From Paragordius varius (Eukaryota > Animalia > Nematomorpha): a stretch of 64,000 nucleotides of DNA. Shown piece after piece: positions 21,277-35,239 of this stretch. The DNA is taken from contig OZ176052.1 of assembly GCA_964247055.1 (NCBI GenBank), positions 3,720,001 to 3,784,000 of the forward strand, in the 5' to 3' direction. Below the pieces are notes generated by a model. It was not told where the DNA came from and made no database searches. It saw nothing but the letters and a program-made list of their open reading frames with translations. The number at the start of each line of letters is the position of its first letter. Position 1 is the stretch's first letter. Both the position numbers and the translations under genes were made by a program.

Positions 21277-21825
21277 CACTTGGATACAACACATTCATTT
21301 TAGTCATTCGATTTTGGGGTAGTTGGATACCCCAGGCCTGTTTAAAATTAAATAATTTAAAAATAATGGAATGAATAGAAACCAAAATTTTTTGCACTTA
21401 TACAACATTTATAAACCGGAATATATAAAAAACATTTTTTTAAAAATACTTGATAATACTTATTTTAAGGTAAATCCAAAGGTTAAAATTTAATCAACGT
21501 GACATGTGTGCATTGGCTAAATTAAAATATAATACAAAATAAACCACTTTTTCTATTTATATCAATGTTAGATGTGATGTAAATAAAAAATTAGATTTAA
21601 TTATACCTTGAAAAATAAAAGAACGCCCTATTTTGCAAAAATTTTGCAAAATAAAAATGGCGTCCAAGTAGTTTGAGATGAATTTTTTTTAAAAAAAGAA
21701 TATCTAGATATTTTGGGTCATTAATATAATGTTTATTAGGATAGAAGCATAGGACCGTTTCCTTCAGTAGTTTTCTTAAAATTTTAACTATAATTTGGTC
21801 TGGGGTATTTAGACACCCCAAATTC
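21277..21825. mobile_element. TTAA-flanked MITE family FD, second copy
   Basis: TTAA|CACTT left end; ~45-bp TIR TTTGGGGTAGTTGGATACCCCAG / TGGGGTATTTAGACACCCCAAA. Confidence 0.62.
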
Positions 21826-22039
21826 TGATACATTGATGCATCAAATATTGACTATTTATTTTATGTGTTTAATAAATATGATTTTGAAAATTACAAGACG
21901 TCAATAGCAATGCACGTGAAAAATGGTTTAAAGTGATTATATAATAATGCCATATAATCGGCATTTTATACCATCGTTATTAATCGTAAATTGAAAATTG
22001 CATCTGCGTCCAAAATCATGACGATGACATAATTCGAAT

Positions 22040-22853
22040 AGGATAGGATAATTATGGTGCTTTTAATTTTGGGCCTTAGGAGTGATAAAAAATTATTTAC
22101 ACTTTTGTGGCACCAGGAAGGCAATATTTGCGCACATTTTTAGAAAAAAATTATTTTGGTGAAGCGAAAGGCTTCATTCCAAAAGTATTACTAAAATATA
22201 TCATAAAATATTTATCAACCAAAAAATATTTTTTAAAAAATAATTTTTGAATGTGGTGCGAAAGCCCCAAAATATTTTGCTCTTCTAATATGGGCTAGTT
22301 GACTATATCACCACATAATTTTATTTTAAAGGTTGATTAGCTTTTTAATTTTGATTTTTCGTAAAAACCCAATTTAAGTATAGAAAAGGGTTTTGGAATA
22401 TCTTAAAGCGTTTTTATTACGTTTCCATCATGCCTTAAAATAGTATGAAGTACGCTTTTACAAAATTATTCTAAAAATAAATTATTAAAAAAAGCATGTT
22501 TCAAAAAAATATTTTTATTTGATATCTAAATTTGGCATATATTTAAATTTATTTCCAGCGATCTCAGCATTTTTGCGTTTATTTTAGGATGATAAGCTTA
22601 TTTTGGTAGATCAAAGATTATTGGAATTGTCGGAACCCACATCTAATAATTAAATATTAAAATAGTGTTTTGTCCTATATGTAGTTTATGAAATATTTTA
22701 GCGATATTTTTTTGGGATGAAGCCCTTATGTTTCATCAATAATGAGGGCAAATTTTGCCATTTAATAATGAGCCATTACCACAAAAGTTTTAAAACTTTC
22801 TTATATCACACGTAAGCAAAATTATATTTAACAAATTTTTTGTAGACACTGTG
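22040..22853. mobile_element. Long-TIR foldback family FA (internally deleted copy)
   Basis: Shares arm blocks (GCTCTTCTAA.ATGGGCTAG; GTTTCCATCATGCCT..A.TAGTATGAAGTACGCT) with 24330-25405 and 43005-43930; right end TTTTGTAGACACTGTG|TA. Confidence 0.65.
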
Positions 22854-22862
22854 TAAGGTACC

Positions 22863-23529
22863 TAGAGTTGTGCTGACCAAGTCATGACCCGGTCAATTGA
22901 CCTGGTCAGTGACTAATTATTTTTGAACATGGTCATTTAAAAAACAGCTGTTTTTTTTTAAAAAAATTGCTAGTAAATTTTTTTTAAAGAGAGATAGTAG
23001 AATTTTATTGTTTTTTTAATATATTTTATATAAATTAAATATTTAAATATATTAAATCGATATTTAAATTGCCTATTTAACATTAAATTAAAAATTGTTA
23101 AACATGCATCCTTATAACATTAGCATTTAAGCATATCCAGTTATTTCGAATCACAAAACAATCAAGCCTTGTGCAAAATATTCAATTACATATATGTGAA
23201 CTAATCGAAAAAACATGACGAAAGAAATGTAAAACAAACTAAGTAATTTTTTTTGAAATATCCAATTTTAAAAGTTATGTATTTGAAACTTTAGATACAA
23301 ACATGTGGCAAAATTCATTTGAAAACAAAGTTTTTAATTAAATTTTATTGAATAAATTTGTAAATAATAATTATAAAAAATATACAATACAAACTATTAG
23401 GAAAAAACATGACATTATTAGTGAATCGCAAGTTTCAGCATTATTTTCACATATCACATGATATTTACTTAAGTAAAAAGTGGTCTCTGACCGGACTTTT
23501 TTGAAAACGCAGTCAAATGCACAACCCTA
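22863..23529. mobile_element. hAT-like MITE, longer copy of the 15188 element
   Basis: TAGAGTTGTGCTGACCAAGTCAT...CAGTCAAATGCACAACCCTA; shared internal blocks such as AACATGCATCCTTA..ACATTAGCATTTAAGCATATCCAGTTATTTC. Confidence 0.78.
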
Positions 23530-24329
23530 ATGGCCTTGATCTTATTTAAATTATGTACTAGGTTAATTGAAAATTCTATGGCCTCTAAAATATGTATCTT
23601 CTAATAGAAAAATAAATCAGAATACTTAAGGTAGTTTTAATTTTAAGCCTTGTGAAAAAGAATTTGTGGTAATTATCCATATCGAAAAGTCGTGAATCTA
23701 GCGCACGTTATGTTACAAATGATTTTTTGAAAGCTAAAAGCTATAGAAAGCTAATATCATCAAATATCAATACTATATTTAAAGGAACAATATATTTTAA
23801 ATTATTTTAGATGTGGACTCTGAAATCCTCAAATTTTTGCATTCTAAAATAGGTTTTTCTTGAATCGCAAAAATGGCGAAATTTTCCAAAATATTTGCGG
23901 ATCACAATATGCCCACAAAAAATTTTTTTTAGAATATATATTCTGATAGATAAATGTATTTTGATTCTCATGGTACTTTTGGTTTTGAAAGTTAAAAATA
24001 TAAAAAAGGTAATATCACTTTTTTAATTAATGGCGTTATATCAGAAATGAATATGATTTTCTTGAGAATGATGATGTAATGGGAATCAGATAAAAGTAGG
24101 TGAAATAGTTGGTAAATGCTTGTCTAATGCGTTGGTTAAATGCTTTCATTAAAACTGTCGAAAAAAAATACATCTTCAAAAATAATTGGTACTCCTTCTG
24201 GAGGGTAGTCATACTAAGCCTTTCCCACCGCCTTCTTTACCATATGTTTTCACGAACGAAGTCGCTTACAATCGAATAAAGTGGAAAAAATATGCCTTCG
24301 AAAAAGCAATAAATCGACAACAAACTTTG

Positions 24330-25405
24330 CTATAATTAATATAAAATGGCAAAGTTTGCGCACGTTTTTCTAAATATTTTTTTGGTGAAAGCTAAATGAA
24401 TCATTCCAAAAAATATCACAAAAATATTTCATAAACCAAAAACATTATTTTTAAACAATTTTAATTTTTAGATGTCGTCTTCAAAAGTCCCAAATTTTTT
24501 GCTCTTCTAAAATGGGCTAGTTCTCTTAAACTAAACGCAAAAATGACGGGATTGCGCGATTAAAATTTAAATACATACTAAATTTTGACATAAAGAAAAT
24601 ATTTTTAATAAAATGCATATTTTTTTATAAAAAATTTAATTTTTCGCAAAATATGGTTGAAGCGTATTCATAATATTTTTAGGCATGAGGAAACGGTAAT
24701 AAAAGCTTTTAGATACTTTTTATAGATAATTTAATGATGCTGATTCTATCGCTGAATTTTTTAAAGGTACGTGTTCTTTCAATTCGTTATAAAAAACACA
24801 ATTTAAATTCGATATTAATTGCGAACGATTCTTTGATCAAATTTCTGAGATGATAGAAATTTTCAGCATCATCGTATTATACATAAAAGGTCTATAATAT
24901 CTTAAACCGTTTTACCGTTTCCATCATGCCTCAATTAGTATGAAGTACGCTCCAACAAAATATTGCTAAAAATTAAATTATTGAAACAAGCTACATTTTT
25001 TAAAATATTTTTAGTTGATATCAAAATTTAGCATATATTTAAAATTCATATCGAGCAATCCCTGCATTTAGCGTTTATTTTAAAAGATTAGTCCAATTAA
25101 GAGGAGCGAAATTTAGGACTTTCGGAGCCCACATTTATTAATTATTTTTAAAAAATATATTTATGTTTTTTATAGGGAGTTTACGATAATTTTAGTGATA
25201 TTTTTTGGAATGGAGAATTTAGATTTCACCAAAAAAAATTTTATTTTAAAAAAATGCTTTCGCCATTTTCTGATATGGACCACTTACCATATAAAAGCGT
25301 AAATTTTCTTACGAGTAAGGACAATAACTAAAAGCCCCATGATAATCTTGATACATTTTCCTATCAAAATATATATATTTTAACAGGTTGTTTTGTGGAC
25401 ACCTG
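24330..25405. mobile_element. Long-TIR foldback family FA (Tc1/mariner-like end TTTTGTGGACACCTG)
   Basis: ~450-bp inverted arms around a centre near 24800, e.g. AGGCATGAGGAAACGGTAA vs TTACCGTTTCCATCATGCCT and TCATTCCAAAAAATATCAC vs GTGATATTTTTTGGAATGG. Confidence 0.78.
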
Positions 25406-26666
25406 ATAATACTGGTGTCAAACACAAATAGCCTTGCAGGCAGTATTGTTGATTCAAAAGATTCAGAGGGCTGCATTTCAAATATATATCGGCATTCATA
25501 AATTTATTAAATTTCGATAGGACTATAAAATACGAACAAAATATAATAAATTTTTGTAGATTTTGTCTTTTGGATAACTTATTTAAAAAAATTTGTTTAA
25601 GAATATCAATTTTACTAAGATTTTGTAAGCGTATTTTTGCAAATTTTTTTATCGGGCGGAGCACAACGTCTTATATTGCCGTATGCTGGAATGTATTCTC
25701 TAAAAAATGGTTATATGGCCCACAGCAGTTATATTTATAGAAAATCTGTAATCTTATTGTACACGATTTTAAAATATTTTAAATTAATCGGACATAGTCT
25801 ATCATATCATTGAGTTAAATTTTGACATGAGCGGGATAAACAAATTTTTAATCATTTTATACATAAAATATCAAAGAATTATGCGAGTCATATGTTATAG
25901 GTATTTAAGTATGTTGGAAACGATACAAACACTCTTGTAATATATTATTATCACCAAAGTTAAATTCAAAAGACACAATTTTACAGCGACAGCGAAAGGA
26001 TATCAACATTGTTTATGACTATTATCTTAACCACTAATTCAATGAATTAGCTCAAAATTGATCGAAATTCCATAAACCTGAGGTTACGTTAAGGGAAACA
26101 ATCATTCCCACCATTAAAAAAAGCCTCATGAAACTTAATCCAACCTTAAAATTGATTCCATTTTTTCTGATTTACAATAAACGGAAAACGAAATAAGGGA
26201 AACTATATACTTTTTTTTCGCGAAAACCAATAATGTTTAAAACAGCGGTGCTTTAACCGCGGCCTATAAGTGCTTGTTTATGGTCCTAAATTATTTAACT
26301 TTTTCGGTATTTAAATTTTTTGGTATGTACCGATGGTTTAAGGGGGTTTCATACGCAGACAATATAAAAATATATTTGTATTATTTATTTAAAGATTATG
26401 TCACTAAAACACCGAAAATGTAATATTTTTCCTTGCTGTAAAATATAAGCGGAGTAGCAAATTAAATAATGTGTCATTATATATGTATCTATGTTTTATA
26501 ACTTATAAAATCTAAAAATCATTAAGCTAGAAATAATTTCTATATAACTATATATATTAATTTTAGATATCGATATCTATAAATGGGTAAAAATTATAAA
26601 ACATATTATGCAAAACACTTCATTCAACACAACAAACCAAAAAAATAATTAGATGCAAAAAAAGCT

Positions 26667-29600
26667 TTAAAGATGAGACGTAGTGGTAGAAGTAATTAAT
26701 TCATCATTTTTCCCTTTTTGTACCAATTTATTTCTTAAGGAATTAGCCGTGTTTGCAACATTATTGTTGCCCGTATTTCCATGTAGAGATGTTTGCCGTC
26801 TCCTATGATGTAAACCATAGTTTAACGCTAAATGATTTGATGAAACAACCGAGTGTCCCAAAACATTAAGAACATTGTTATTATTATTATTGCAACTACG
26901 TAAACTACTTGATCCAAGCGTTGATTGTATTATGTGGGCAGTAGTCGTACGCCCTTGGCCATAAAGGTGGGATTGTTGAAGGTTGTGTGAGTAAGTAGAA
27001 TCACCTACAGAAGAACACAAATATTTGTTTGCAATATCACCTCTACTTTTGACGAATGACCCCAGATGACCGGTGCCTAAATTTAAATGCAAACGATTTC
27101 CATTATTCGATGCTGCGACAGCATTATTATTTATTCCACTAATTTTTAGCGGTTTATAAATGTGGTGGTCCGCTATACCTGTCGACTCATTTGATAACGT
27201 TGTTTGACACGATGAAGGAATATATGTATTATGGAAACTACTTGCCATTGAATCAAACGTTATGTTGTTCTTACAATTTCTACCAACAGAATTTGCATGG
27301 CTAACAGATTTTGTGGGTGACGGACTATTACAATTATAATCACTCATACTGCTAATTTTGTTACAAGTGTTATTAAGGGAGGAATCATATAACGCATTAT
27401 AACGTGAAAGTGGGACACTATTATACTTATTGGGTGAAATGCCAGATTTTGTATACAAAGCAGAATAAGGTCTAATTCCGCCCAAATTGTTCTCATAAGA
27501 ATTGGAAATTGAGATTGGTAGTCTTGAAATTGTTGATCCACCGTATATTTGGGAACTTCTTGGATGACTTGCCCGGGAAAAAAAGGAATCTATACAGAAT
27601 TATAAAGTAAAAGTTAGAATAACCGATAACTTTTCATATTTTGTGCTTTTAATTAAATTGAAAAAATTATTAAGCAATAGATGTTCGTAATTTTACAAAA
27701 TTATAAAGTATAAGTTCGAAAAACCGATAACTTTTATATATTTTGTGCTGTTTATTAAATTTAAAAAATTATTAAGCAATAAATGTTCGTAATTTTACGA
27801 AATTATGTTATGTTATTTTATTTTATTATTTTACTTTCACAACTATCCCCATAGATAGAAATGCAATCATGTGAATCCAATTTATTCTGCGTGTTAGAGT
27901 CAATTAGAAGAGAAACGTATCCAGGAGGCGTTGAACACGTAGTTAAGTTGGAATCATTTTTAAAATTATCATGGTTAAAAGGTTTTGTTTTACTACTATA
28001 ACTATCATAAATCTGATACAATGAGGTTTTTTCACTTTTAGCCGGTATATGATTGCCGATTAGAGAAGTGCTTGCGACATTATTATTTGAATAGTTTGAA
28101 GTCGAAATGTTTAAGCTTGTAGTATCAAGCGGATTAAAACGGTGGGAAGATTGATAGGATGTAGAAATGTTTGAGGTTATATTATTGCAATGATTAGTGA
28201 TACTTGGTATTGGATACACAGGCATAATCTTAGTCGTATTTGACTTACTTTGGTGGTTACTCATCACATGTTGTTTCAAAGGGTAATAAGATTGCGTGAA
28301 ACAATCAAAACTTTTGGACATTCCCGTGGTGGCACTCTTCGACGAAGAGGTATGGTGATTAAATTGCTCAGTTCCAGGTTTCAATGAATTAATATTAGAA
28401 TCGTCATTTTGTGGCTGTATATAATGGACTGATTGTAACATTGGGTAAGAATCCATTTCCATACGTAACATTTTACCTCCGCCCAAACGTGAGCCATCTA
28501 AACAAAAAGTTATGAAGTAAATTTTTTGTAGAGAAATGCATCAGAATAAAATATTTTTTAAATTTAGTTTTCAACGAATATTTTTTTATTTTTAAATATA
28601 TGCATTTCATATTCTCTTAATATTTTATAATAGTAGATACTCTTTAAAAATGATTTCTCTTAAAGTGTCTATTAGTAACTAATATTAAATTTAAGTAGAA
28701 TTACATTGTAATAAATGGAATTTAAATAGAAAAGTGAAATTTTTACTGTATCTTTTAAATCGTAACTAATAAACTTTTTTGTTAGCCAAGCCTAGTAAAA
28801 TTCTTGGAAACTGAGTTTTAAAAATGTTGGAAATAATCTTATATCACGCAGTTATTTAAATGCCAAGTATGTAAGATTGATACATTATGTATAATTATTA
28901 TTTTTTTAAATATAGTAAAGGTGAATTTTTTTTATAATACTGAGATTGTTTCGTCCGTTGTAATTGCCAATTAAATCGGATTCGTATTGCTGGATATTAT
29001 CTAAATCATTGGCTAGGATAGAGGAACATGCACCTGAATTTGCGAATAGTATATATAGATTTTTAATATTAATTTAGAGATTTACGTTTTATGGCAATAA
29101 ATCAATCATTCATTGAATAACAAATCGTAAAATTATTCAAAGTAGACAGTTGTATATTTCGACGATGAAAATATGGGGAAATCTCTCTTTAAGTAAAAAT
29201 TATACAACACGGAATTATTTCCTTAATTATGTTTGCTTGGTAGGCAGTTTGTGCATTCACGCCCATCATCCCAATTTGATTATATCAAATATTTAATAAA
29301 AAGCTTATCGATAAATGCTAAAAAAACTCAAAAAAGTATACCCAATCCAGTCGAAGATGATACAGTGGAAAGATTAGAGGGGAAAAGACCATCAATATTT
29401 TCGGCCATTTCTTGGCATTGCTCCTCAGTGACAATTTGTTGGGGTTGGTGACCTGAGACGATGGATGTAATAGCAATATTTTCACAATTTACTTCACCCC
29501 TATTGATATGCGCTTCTTTATTAGTGGTGTCATCTGGCAACTCAATACTGGCCGAGTTCAAAGGCAATTCCGCCCTAGCTTGCTGCTCACAATTTGTAGA

Positions 29601-32600
29601 TGAAGGACAACAATTATTGTTTAGTAATGATTGATCATTTTTATCAGCGCTTGTACTGGTTGTACTACTTTCACTCAAACCACTGCACGCATCATGGAGA
29701 CGTAATTGACGCTCAACATCAACTGCATGGTAATTTGTTCGGATAGGACTGCGCATGCCAAAAATATACAGTATAGGGAAGGAAATTGTTATAAAAATTT
29801 CTAAATGTAAAAGAGAAAGCTTTTTGTTTTCCAAAACATAAGGTCATAATATTTAACCACCACGTATTTTTTTCTATATAATACCTATATAATTAGAATT
29901 GTGAAATATTAAATTGTATTACTAATTTACGTATCTAAACCTTATTTTGCAACTTAAATAGGTTTGCATGATAAAAACTTGGAGTAGAAAAATATCGTTC
30001 GATATCCTTCTAAAATATTTAGTTTTTCTTAATATGCTTTTTCATATATCATTTTTTTACTGTATAGAAATTATTGTACCACACAAAAAAACCTCATGGT
30101 TTCACCCAATATGTTATAATTATTAATGAAATTTATTCATAAAAAAACTAAGTCTTATTGTCTAAAATTATGTTTTTACCCTAGTCCACCTTCACATACA
30201 CTACTGCCAAAAATGGAGGATTTATTGGTGGTGGATCCAGTTGTACCCGCCATATTACAGGAATAAACACTTGAACATGTATCAGCTCTATCATTGTCAT
30301 CCAAATCTAATTCATCATCCACAAAACTATTGTCACGAATTAGTCTATCAACGTCCTCCCCATCTATGAGGAAAACAGAAAATTGTGAATTTTTCAATTA
30401 ACAATATTAATCATAATGCTACCCAACATATAAATTGTAAAATCAAATATTAAACCTTTTTATATTACAAACACATCATTTAGAATGAGTTTAATTTAAT
30501 GTTTTTTAAAAATGTTATGAATATATTTTCCAAACATGTTTTAGAAAATTAAATATAGTACATAAAATACCCTCCAAATTTGCTGTACACATATTGCTTG
30601 GTATATCATCATCCCCATCCTCATTAAATATGTCAGCTGCTTGATTTGGCGTCTCTTGAATTGGTAATATGATAGAATTATTCCCATTCGTTTCAAGCAA
30701 AGCGTTACCGCCTTCAGGGATCAATGTAAGTGGTAAATGGGTAGATGACATTGTATGCATAATATTAGGTAATAGTACATTACTATTCATGGAGCTTATT
30801 AAGGCAGTAACTGCATTATTCATAATAGTTGTGGCATGGATCGGCGGCAGAGAGCTTAAACCGGAAGAATCTATGATTGGTGGTACAAAAGGTTGAGGTT
30901 TTATACGACTACCAACGCCTGACCCCAAAAATTTGTCCAAACAACAGGTGGCACCATCAGCCAGCAGCGTAATTGGTTTACCCTCAAGATTTGGATTGTG
31001 ATGAGTTAAGTGATTTGATAAAATAAGCTTGTTCCTGTTTCCACCATGATCATTGGTAGTGATGATAGATGGGTCAGCATCAGCATTCAATGATGCTATA
31101 TCATAATCGGATACGGATGCCATGGTAGATTCATTCGCAAAAGTTGTTAAGGCATCGTTTCCTAGCATGATTCCGCGGGCCCCAAGGATTAAAGTACGAT
31201 TTCTATTCTCTAGGCTAGTAACAACTGGAGCATTGTAAAGTTCGCCTGATTCAACTAAAAAATCTGGATTTTGATTTGTCTAAAACGAAAAATTATATTA
31301 TTGCTAGCTATGCTATATAAAATTAAATTTAGATAATTTGTAATTTTTATAGTAATTAGATATTTAATGTATTTACCATTTATTTTTAGCCAGATTAGAT
31401 TAATGATACCATAATAAACAGACAATATTAGGAAATTTTTAATAAACAGCTTTATTTATAATAAGAATCTTGTTTTTGATCAAACTTTGTCAATACATTT
31501 TCCAATTATCGCGAATTTAAATGAACCCGATAAAAAATCTTAACATTTCGCCATACGTGATAATAGCTGATAAAAACATGAAATGATTTAAAAATATTAA
31601 TTTTCCAAATATTCCTAAATAATTATTTTAATATTTTTCCTATGAATTTTCTCTATTATACCCATGTATATATGTATGACCATCGTTTTAAAAAAATAAA
31701 TTTAGGCATAAATTTTTTGCTTACAGTGCGATACCATTAAATAATGAACACAAGTTATTACTAACAAGTAATTAAGGAAGTGCACTATTTAAAACATTAA
31801 ACTGATCCTTTAAATTACACATCATATATGCTTGTTTAAAAGTTGTTACCATACCTCATCCGGATACCCACAGTACGATGATGAGGATGAAGGAGTTAAC
31901 GAATCCATATGATTATTGTTATAACTAAAATTTTCTTCGCTGTAATAACCTTCAGGCGCAATAGAAGATCCAGGACGGCCAGCACTTTCCATGGTAAAAG
32001 TATTTAATGCTTCACAATTACTTACATGGTTGTTTGAAGTGTTTAGGGGTGAAATTATATTCAAATCATTGATATTGTTGAATGTAAAATGGTTCTTATT
32101 GTTATTGTTAGAATTTAGTGTAGCTACTAATGCATCAAGTCCACTTTTTACGGGCTCATGATTATTATTGTTGTTGTAACCGGTATAATAGGTGTTGGAG
32201 GAGGTTGATGATATAAAATTGTTAATTTCAGAATAATTGGAAATGGCAGCAGATGAATTATTAGTGTAATATCCTAAAAACCGGTAAGTAAAAAAACAAA
32301 TAAGTTGTGTTGCAAAAAAAACTCATTTATGTATAACAGCAAAAATATGTATATACCCTTTGAATCAGTGGTATTTTCATTAAAACAAACTGATGCAGAT
32401 CGATACAAGTTTGTTGAATTTAAAGGATTAAGTTTGGTTGACAAATTGTTTGAATGAGATGATATACTGGATTCATTTGACAGGGTGTTTTTCGTTTCCA
32501 AACATTTTTCCATCCCCATCAATATATTTGGGGTAGTTAGGGAATTAGTTCTGTTTCCTTCATCATTTGCTTGATATAAAGACATATTGGGAGACATTGA

Positions 32601-34160
32601 AAGATTAACCGTAGAACAAGAGTAGGAATCAATAAGATTGTATTGATTAGATGCATTGGTAGAATTAAAAGGCAATTGATATGATATGTTATTCGTATTA
32701 CTGCTTACTACAGTGGGCCATGCCTTACCCTTGACAATCCAATCAAAGAGTCGCAATCTAGGTGTAGGAAAACGTGGTAAAATATAAAAACTTAATTATT
32801 TTTTGCAATATAGTGCGCAAGCATTATAAAAATACGATAAAAGTTATGTACATTCCATCCTTCCAATTTTATATTATTGTGAAAGCTTTAAGTTAGTTCA
32901 TGATAACTAACTTTTACCTACCAAAATATTTTTTTATATTAACTTGAAATCAATATTTTAGAATTTTTTTTACACAATTTTAAAAGCTAATATATATCTA
33001 TATATATACTTATCATTTTGATGTGTCGTCGTTGGCCCTAAATTTCCGATTGAAATTGTATCACCCTTGATATGTTCTTGAGTGGCCGATAAGATACCAG
33101 AATCATGGTGAGAATCGGTAAAATTAGCATTAATATTGCTTGATGCCAAATTTACAAGTGAATTAGTTGTATTCATATTTGAACTTGTAATATTATTACT
33201 ATTATTATTAATATGATTAGAGGGAGAATTATATTGATTCATACTCGTAATATGGCCACAACTTGACTGATTAAAATGCAATAAATTGGACGTCGACATT
33301 GTCCCTATGAAATTAAAAAATTAATATAAAGTTATGAAAAATATATTTTTGGGAAAACGCGTAATATAACAACTAAATAATAAGAATATTACACTCAAAA
33401 CTTTCAACAATATTATATGCCATTTACATATATTTGACAATAAAATCACAATTTATAAGTAACATTTTACATATAACAAATAAAAATAAATTTTCAAACG
33501 AATTTTCTAATCCTATTAGCTACATAAGTAATATTTAAAAATTATCATAAAAATACCATTTATGGTTGAGGATGCCCTATTATTACTCGAGGAGACAATG
33601 CAAGTTTTATCCAAACTCTGTCTTAGTATACTTGTTAGGGCTTTTGTATTATTCGACGTGGCGGTTATATTCGAAGATTTACCAGCAGGCATAAAAGCAT
33701 CATAACAAGTATTATTCACTTCCACACTTTTTGCACGAAACGTCAAATTATCAGAATGGTTACTATGATGGCTATTAAAGCAATCCTCGCGATAGCTTGA
33801 TGAAGGTCCTGGTACATTCTCATAATATTCAACATTATTTGCATTATTATTGATAATGTTTGAATTGGAGTTTGATGTAGCTAACATCATGCTTGAATTA
33901 TTACATGAGGATTTTAGCAAAGGATAAACCCCAGATTTTGAGGTGGGGGAAGGAGGAACGTTGTCTCCCTTAATTTCAATGGTACTTGGGCATTCGAAAT
34001 GAACACAATGAAATACCTAAATGGGAAAAAAATAGGTGATATAAATTAATATAAAACTACTTTTTTTTAATAAGGTATTTAATGGTGAAGAATTATGCAG
34101 TTATAGGATTTAACTCTATCCTTATATGCATAGTGTAGAGATACCATATTATTTCCCAAT

Positions 34161-34208
<48 letters not shown>

Positions 34209-35203
34209 CGAATCAAACCAATTATTTATTGTATAAAACTAAATAAGCAACCTCATTAGCAGTATTGTAGGTGCCTTCAATCTTGATAAAAATAACGGGG
34301 CGAGATGGAAAAGTTAAAATTTGCCATGATTTACATAATTCACGTGTTTTATCAACGGCCAATGTCCATTTAACTTGATCGATTGAAGTTTCAATCTTGT
34401 ATTTATACGCACGATCATCACAATCCCAAAGCAACAATCTAATATATATATATATGCAGGAATAATTATCGAATGATATTTATAAAACAGTTAATATTCA
34501 TAATGTATATGTATATGTATAATATTCTTATATTATGCGTTACTAATTTCATTTAGAAAAAAACAAACAATATTATTAAACAAAAACGCACCTATAAGGG
34601 CCAACGTTTTAAGCCACTAATAATGCTTTTAAATGATATCTAGCACTATTAAATGATAATTTTATTTACCACACTGTATTTTATAATATTTTGATAAAAA
34701 GAATATATGTACATTTTCAAATTCATGGCTAACAAATGAAAAAAGAGCCCAATGAGCTTTACATCTTTATTATATAATAATAAAGCATTTTATTGGCAAT
34801 TATTGATTTAATGTTAACCTATATTGCCACAGTTTAATTACCGTATAAATTTAATGGTTGCTTTTTTCACCCTATAGTAGTGCAATTCGCAACACAATAA
34901 TGTATGGAAAAAACAACAAAATGTTGAATAAACGATTATTTCCTTTCTTTTTTCCTACACTCTCATGTGTTGCAAATTGCCCTATTATAGTGTGAAATAA
35001 GCCACCATTTAAATGCCACAATTAAATTAACATATAAAATCCAAATGTAGGAACATTGCTTCGTATGAATTGCAAAAATCCCTACAACAGCTCAATAAGT
35101 TGGTGATAATTCATTAGTTTTCTCATTAGTTCATAATAATATTTAAAGTAACAATATGGAGGATTTCAATAAATTGACATAAATAATTGTTAAATGATAC
35201 ATT

Positions 35204-35239
<36 letters not shown>

